A DNA stretch of 64,000 bases from Vicugna vicugna (lineage: Eukaryota): contig MU058714.1 in NCBI GenBank assembly GCA_013265495.1, positions 124,001 through 188,000 of the forward strand, written 5' to 3'. Shown here piece after piece: positions 59,887 to 64,000 of this stretch. How positions within the stretch are numbered: the stretch's first letter is position 1; every line of letters starts with the position of its first letter. Both the position numbers and the translations under genes were made by a program. Under the pieces are notes generated by a model. The model saw nothing but the letters and a program-made list of their open reading frames with translations, was not told the DNA's origin and did not search any database.

Positions 59887-62800
59887 ACTGAACTCTTTCA
59901 CGTCACGACTGCCTCATTTACAAACCCTAAGCCTGAAAGACAACCACACGGCCTCACGTGGCCGCCGACCGGTGCAGGGAAAGACGCCCAGCTCTCAGAA
60001 AGGCATGTTTACAACCTTCATGATTAGTGATTTTCCAAAACTGCCGTAAGACCAAAATGGAAAACCACCACCCCCGTGACTCCTCGAGCATCTCCTGTGT
60101 TAGGAAGAAAGAACTTCGCAGGTGATGTCTTGCTGCATCCCCTGCAGAGCCCAGGGGGCACGTACTGCCATCGCCGTGATGCCCCGCCGGGGCAGAGGCT
60201 GCACGGAGGCTGCGGCAGGATCACACAGCGAGCTAACAGCCATCGGGGAGCCGAACGCCGTGCTGATCGGCCTCTGAGAGGAGACCCTCCCCTCCTGACA
60301 ACGGGAATCCACTCGGAACCCAACAGGTGCAGGGTTCCCCACGTCCCCCTCTGGCAGCCTCAGCTCCTCATGACCCAACGTGGGGCAAAACCAAGACCCT
60401 TGGCATGTTCACAGTCCCTCCTTTCCCGGCCTCCGAGGGAAAAAATAAACAACCCAGCAGACAGATAAATACGGACCAAGGAAGGTAAAACGAGCTGTGA
60501 AGATCAAGCAGGCCGGGCTCACACCAGCCTCTGGGTCTCAGGTACCAGGCTCGTCAGCTCACGAGCGCAGACAGAGCTGGAGTTCCACGGCACAGAGCGG
60601 CTCCTGGCTCCCACTCGGGGAAAGCGCAGAGTGACTGGTCGACCCGCGAAGACACAGCCAGTGGCTGCAGAAGGGGCAGGGGGGTAGCTGGAGCGCCAAG
60701 AACTTGCTGGGGACACTTAGGGACAGAGGGACTCAAACGCCCACCCTCACCCCACTGAGGCACCGAGGGGCCCCTTCCTGCCTGCTCGGGTTGGGGTCGG
60801 GTCCCTGGGGGCCTGGCTGTCATCCTCACCGAGGCCCCATAAGCAGGCGAGAAGCTGTGCCCGTGGCTGGTGGGTGGTGGAGCCTGGGCCCAAGCCCGGC
60901 CACGCACTGCTTCCACGTCACCTGCTCGGCGTTCGTCCCCTTCGTGGGTCAGCCGGGGCATCAGCCCTGGGATGCTGTCGGGCTCAAGACGTGAGCTGCC
61001 ACTGTCACGTGGTGAGTACTGGTGCCGGGGGGAGGAGGCCTCGAGGAAATGTGGGGAAGGGGGGGCTGTCTCTTCGGTTGCTGGGGAACAGATATGGAGA
61101 AAGAGGAGCAGGAGTGAAGAGGAGAGAAGGGGAGGGAAGGAGCAGAGAGAACAAGTCCTCCCAGAGCTTCGAGGAGTTTGCTCCTCCACCTCCCGGCCCC
61201 CGCTCGCCCTGCTGACCAGACGCCTTAACCGGTGCCACCTGTGGGTACCACACCTGCCACAACGTGGCCACCAGGCTCCCCTGCCACCGTCCTTGAGGGC
61301 CTGCGTCCCCGAGCCACCCCCTCGATGCTCTTACATAACTCGGGTCCTTCCCCGCCCACGAGCAGCGTCGTCCTCCAAGTCCCCCCCACCTTCTAGACAC
61401 GGGGGTGTAACATCTGCTCGCACCGCTCCCCTCCCAGAGAACGCCTTCCCCCACACAGCACACCCCGAACTCCGACACCGTCACCCTCCCCCAAAGCAGC
61501 AAGGGATAAAAAATAACATAAAATAAAAACATGCTACCACCGCCACCCACCACATCATTAAGGACAAAAAAGAGTCTCCTGGAAATAAAACTCTTTCCTC
61601 CTTGTTCTAGAAAAACAGTAGCGAGTCCTGGAGGGGGGAGCGCAGGGAGGGAGCAGACGAGGGCTGCTCTGCCTTTCCGTCTCCATTGCTGAAATCATCT
61701 CTGACACGTCTTATTTCAAACAGAGGGGGAGAGAAGCCCACAGGGCTCTCGATGCTCCCACAGCACGCGCCTGGGGAGGGCCTGTTGGAACTCGGCGCCA
61801 GGAAGCGGCATCTAGGTCCCGTTCCCCCTGCCCTTGTCCTCGCTCCCCTCCCTACAGAGGAGCGTGTCTGTAGGAACAGAAGGAGGGCCTGTGTTTGGTT
61901 TTGGATCAGGAGGCCAGATCTGCACCATTGGAACCCCCAAGGGATGGGGAGTGAGAGGGAGTGCGGCCCAGGATGCGCCAAGACGGCCGGAGCCAACCCG
62001 ACACCGCCGTGAGAACAGGAGGGAGACCTGTCGTTCTTTCCCCAGGACACGCACCCTGATCCACCTCCCATTATCCAACCCAGCCTCACTGCTGAGATCT
62101 CAGTTCCCTTTCCTGTGTGTTCTCAGCTGCCCTGTGTCCTCGCTGCACTGGTCCAGGTGCCCAAACCCCACTATAGCCAAGAGTCCATCTGGTTCCGCGT
62201 CCGGGCTCACACACGCTCACCTCTCACTCACTCGGCGTCTGCACCATCTCTGGAGGGTCTTAGTGGGTGTGGAAGGCTCCCCTTTGATTACTCCTATATA
62301 GCTAGCTGTGTGTGCACATGTGTGCACACTGCGTGCAGAACCATCACGTGGCGACTTAGATAAATCCCAGATATGTCGGATACAGTTCACAGATATGCAT
62401 AACAACAAATTTAAAGTAAAGCAAATCATTTCCGAGAGGCGCCGGGTGGGTCCAGGAGGGTCAGAGCTGCGGGCTGGGTCTCAGGAGCTCTCATCCCCCT
62501 GGATCTACACTCCCACCCGTCACCACAGCTGGGCCATGAGCGTGCGAGCCCATCACAGACAGTTCTCAGGACGGCAGGGAAGAGCCTGCAGCCCAGGCTG
62601 CTCTCTCACCAAAACCAAGAGATCGGGTTCCTCAGCCCTGGAAGGGCGTGTTTATGGAGGCCCTGCTGCGTGTTTCTCAGCCTTCCCCTTCCAGCCGCAC
62701 AGAGGGACAAGCAGACCCCCTCAGGTGCAATGTCGTCCCCGAGGTCTACAGCTGCAGCCCTCCACCCAGCCCCCCAAGAGCAAGCAAGAGGGGTGACTGC

Positions 62801-64000
62801 TGGACTGTCTGCACACGTGCACCGAGAGCAGAGCATCCCTGGTTCCCTCCCACCTGCAGGCGCTCCCAGCCACCCCGTCCTCACAGTTATGTCCACTATG
62901 TGGCGGGCATCCCGCTCGGGGCTGCAGCTGGGCGCTGGGCACTGCCCTCCCACCAGGGAGGCCCTGACAGGCAGACCGTTGTCCAATGGAGGACGGCGCA
63001 GAAGGACGGCAGAGCAGAAGGAGCACCCCCGCCGCCCAGAGGCTCAGAGGTTATCACTCCTTTTACCTTTTCTACTAAAAATGTGCCGACTGGGGGAGGG
63101 GACCAGGGGAGGATCAGGCATGGGAGCCCTGGGAGAAAGTCCCCAGACAAGCTCTCTCTTCCCTCCTCTCCTCGGGAAGGGGGTCCACCTGCCAAAGCAA
63201 ACCCGGGGCACAGGCAGGAAACGTGTGCACTGCATTCTCAGAGAACCCTCACGCGGAGGGAAAGAAAGGACGTCCTTTTTATTCCAGTCCAGCAGCTGCT
63301 TGCCCAGCACCGGCTGCATGTCGGAGGCCAACAGAGGAAGGCAGAGGAGAAACGGGACAGGAGGCCCCAGGAGGCCCGGGGCGTGGAGGTGTCCACCACG
63401 GCACCCCCGCCCCCCCAGAACAGAACAGAACGCTCGCACGTGCGGATCCCGGCGCCACCGCGCCCTGACCTGCGGTGAAAGACCTGGTCTCCCGCCCTCC
63501 CCTTGCCTGATGGGTCATTCGTGGGGGCCCTGCCGTGGGCGGGCTGCCTCCCCGCGACCCTGGAGGAAAACCAGCTTCCCTCCTCGCTCACTTTGGTCTG
63601 AACGGCCTGGAGCAACGCAGGCCATTCCTTTGCCTGTGCTCAGATCTTACAGAAAAATCAAATTCCCAGGCAGAGCCTCACGCAGGGCTGGCGGCCGCTG
63701 CCTGCAAACGAGGCGCATGGTGGAGCGGGCCGCACCTGCTGTAAAGGAGCAGGGGCAGCCCGGGGTGCTCCCAGCTCCAGCCGGGCCCCAGAGCAGGGGT
63801 TGTTCCAGAGGCCACCACGGATGCAGCCAGAGCGCTGAGTCCTGGGCCCGAGGCTGCTGGCTTCTGGGCACCCTCATGTCCGCCCTCACCCACTGCTCCC
63901 TGCTTCTCTCTCCCACGCTCTCCCAGAGAGGAAGGACCAGCTTGCATTTGTGATGCCTGCAGCTCAGAAGTCCAAGCAGGCATCCTGCCGGGTGGGGTGG

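Noticed and set aside
62300..62335. Near-palindromic gtgtgcacatgtgtgcacac
   Set aside because: It is a low-complexity TG/CA run, and such short palindromes are common.
62670..63953. 427-aa plus-strand ORF and overlapping ORFs
   Set aside because: It has no domain similarity that I recognise, several equally open overlapping frames on both strands, and no convincing flanking splice signals.
1..64000. CRISPR arrays, operons, prophage, defence or other prokaryotic systems, rRNA, numt, processed pseudogene
   Set aside because: I saw no regularly spaced repeat-spacer units and no gene-dense blocks. Mammalian interspersed repeats occur throughout. I recognised no rRNA, mitochondrial or mRNA-derived segment.

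Overview
This is eukaryotic (mammalian) genomic DNA, GC-rich and locally CpG-rich, with no bacterial or phage features. A tRNA-derived SINE at 5383-5539 resembles the camelid vic-1 family, and two L1 3' ends look cetartiodactyl. A camelid (Camelus/Vicugna/Lama) source is therefore likely, but this is an inference. I cannot support any protein-coding gene. The supplied ORFs overlap in all frames, are Pro/Gly/Arg/Ala-rich and often run through repeats, as expected by chance in GC-rich DNA. The only protein similarity I recognise is decayed L1 ORF2 C-terminal sequence. The window reads as a long intron, 5' region or regulatory desert. It contains ancient eutherian repeats (MLT1, MER21/MER77-like LTRs, L1M, L2, MIR, MER20/33/45/53/58), microsatellites, several CpG-dense patches and AT-rich homeodomain/POU motif clusters. 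There is one well-formed, apparently non-coding 145-nt minus-strand exon (13962-14106); I could not name its host gene. I found no new multi-gene system. The most unusual signal is a MER53 hairpin (57165-57358) whose arms are nearly perfectly complementary and appear to carry compensatory changes. Repeat family names come from recalled consensus sequences, not from a search, and boundaries are approximate.
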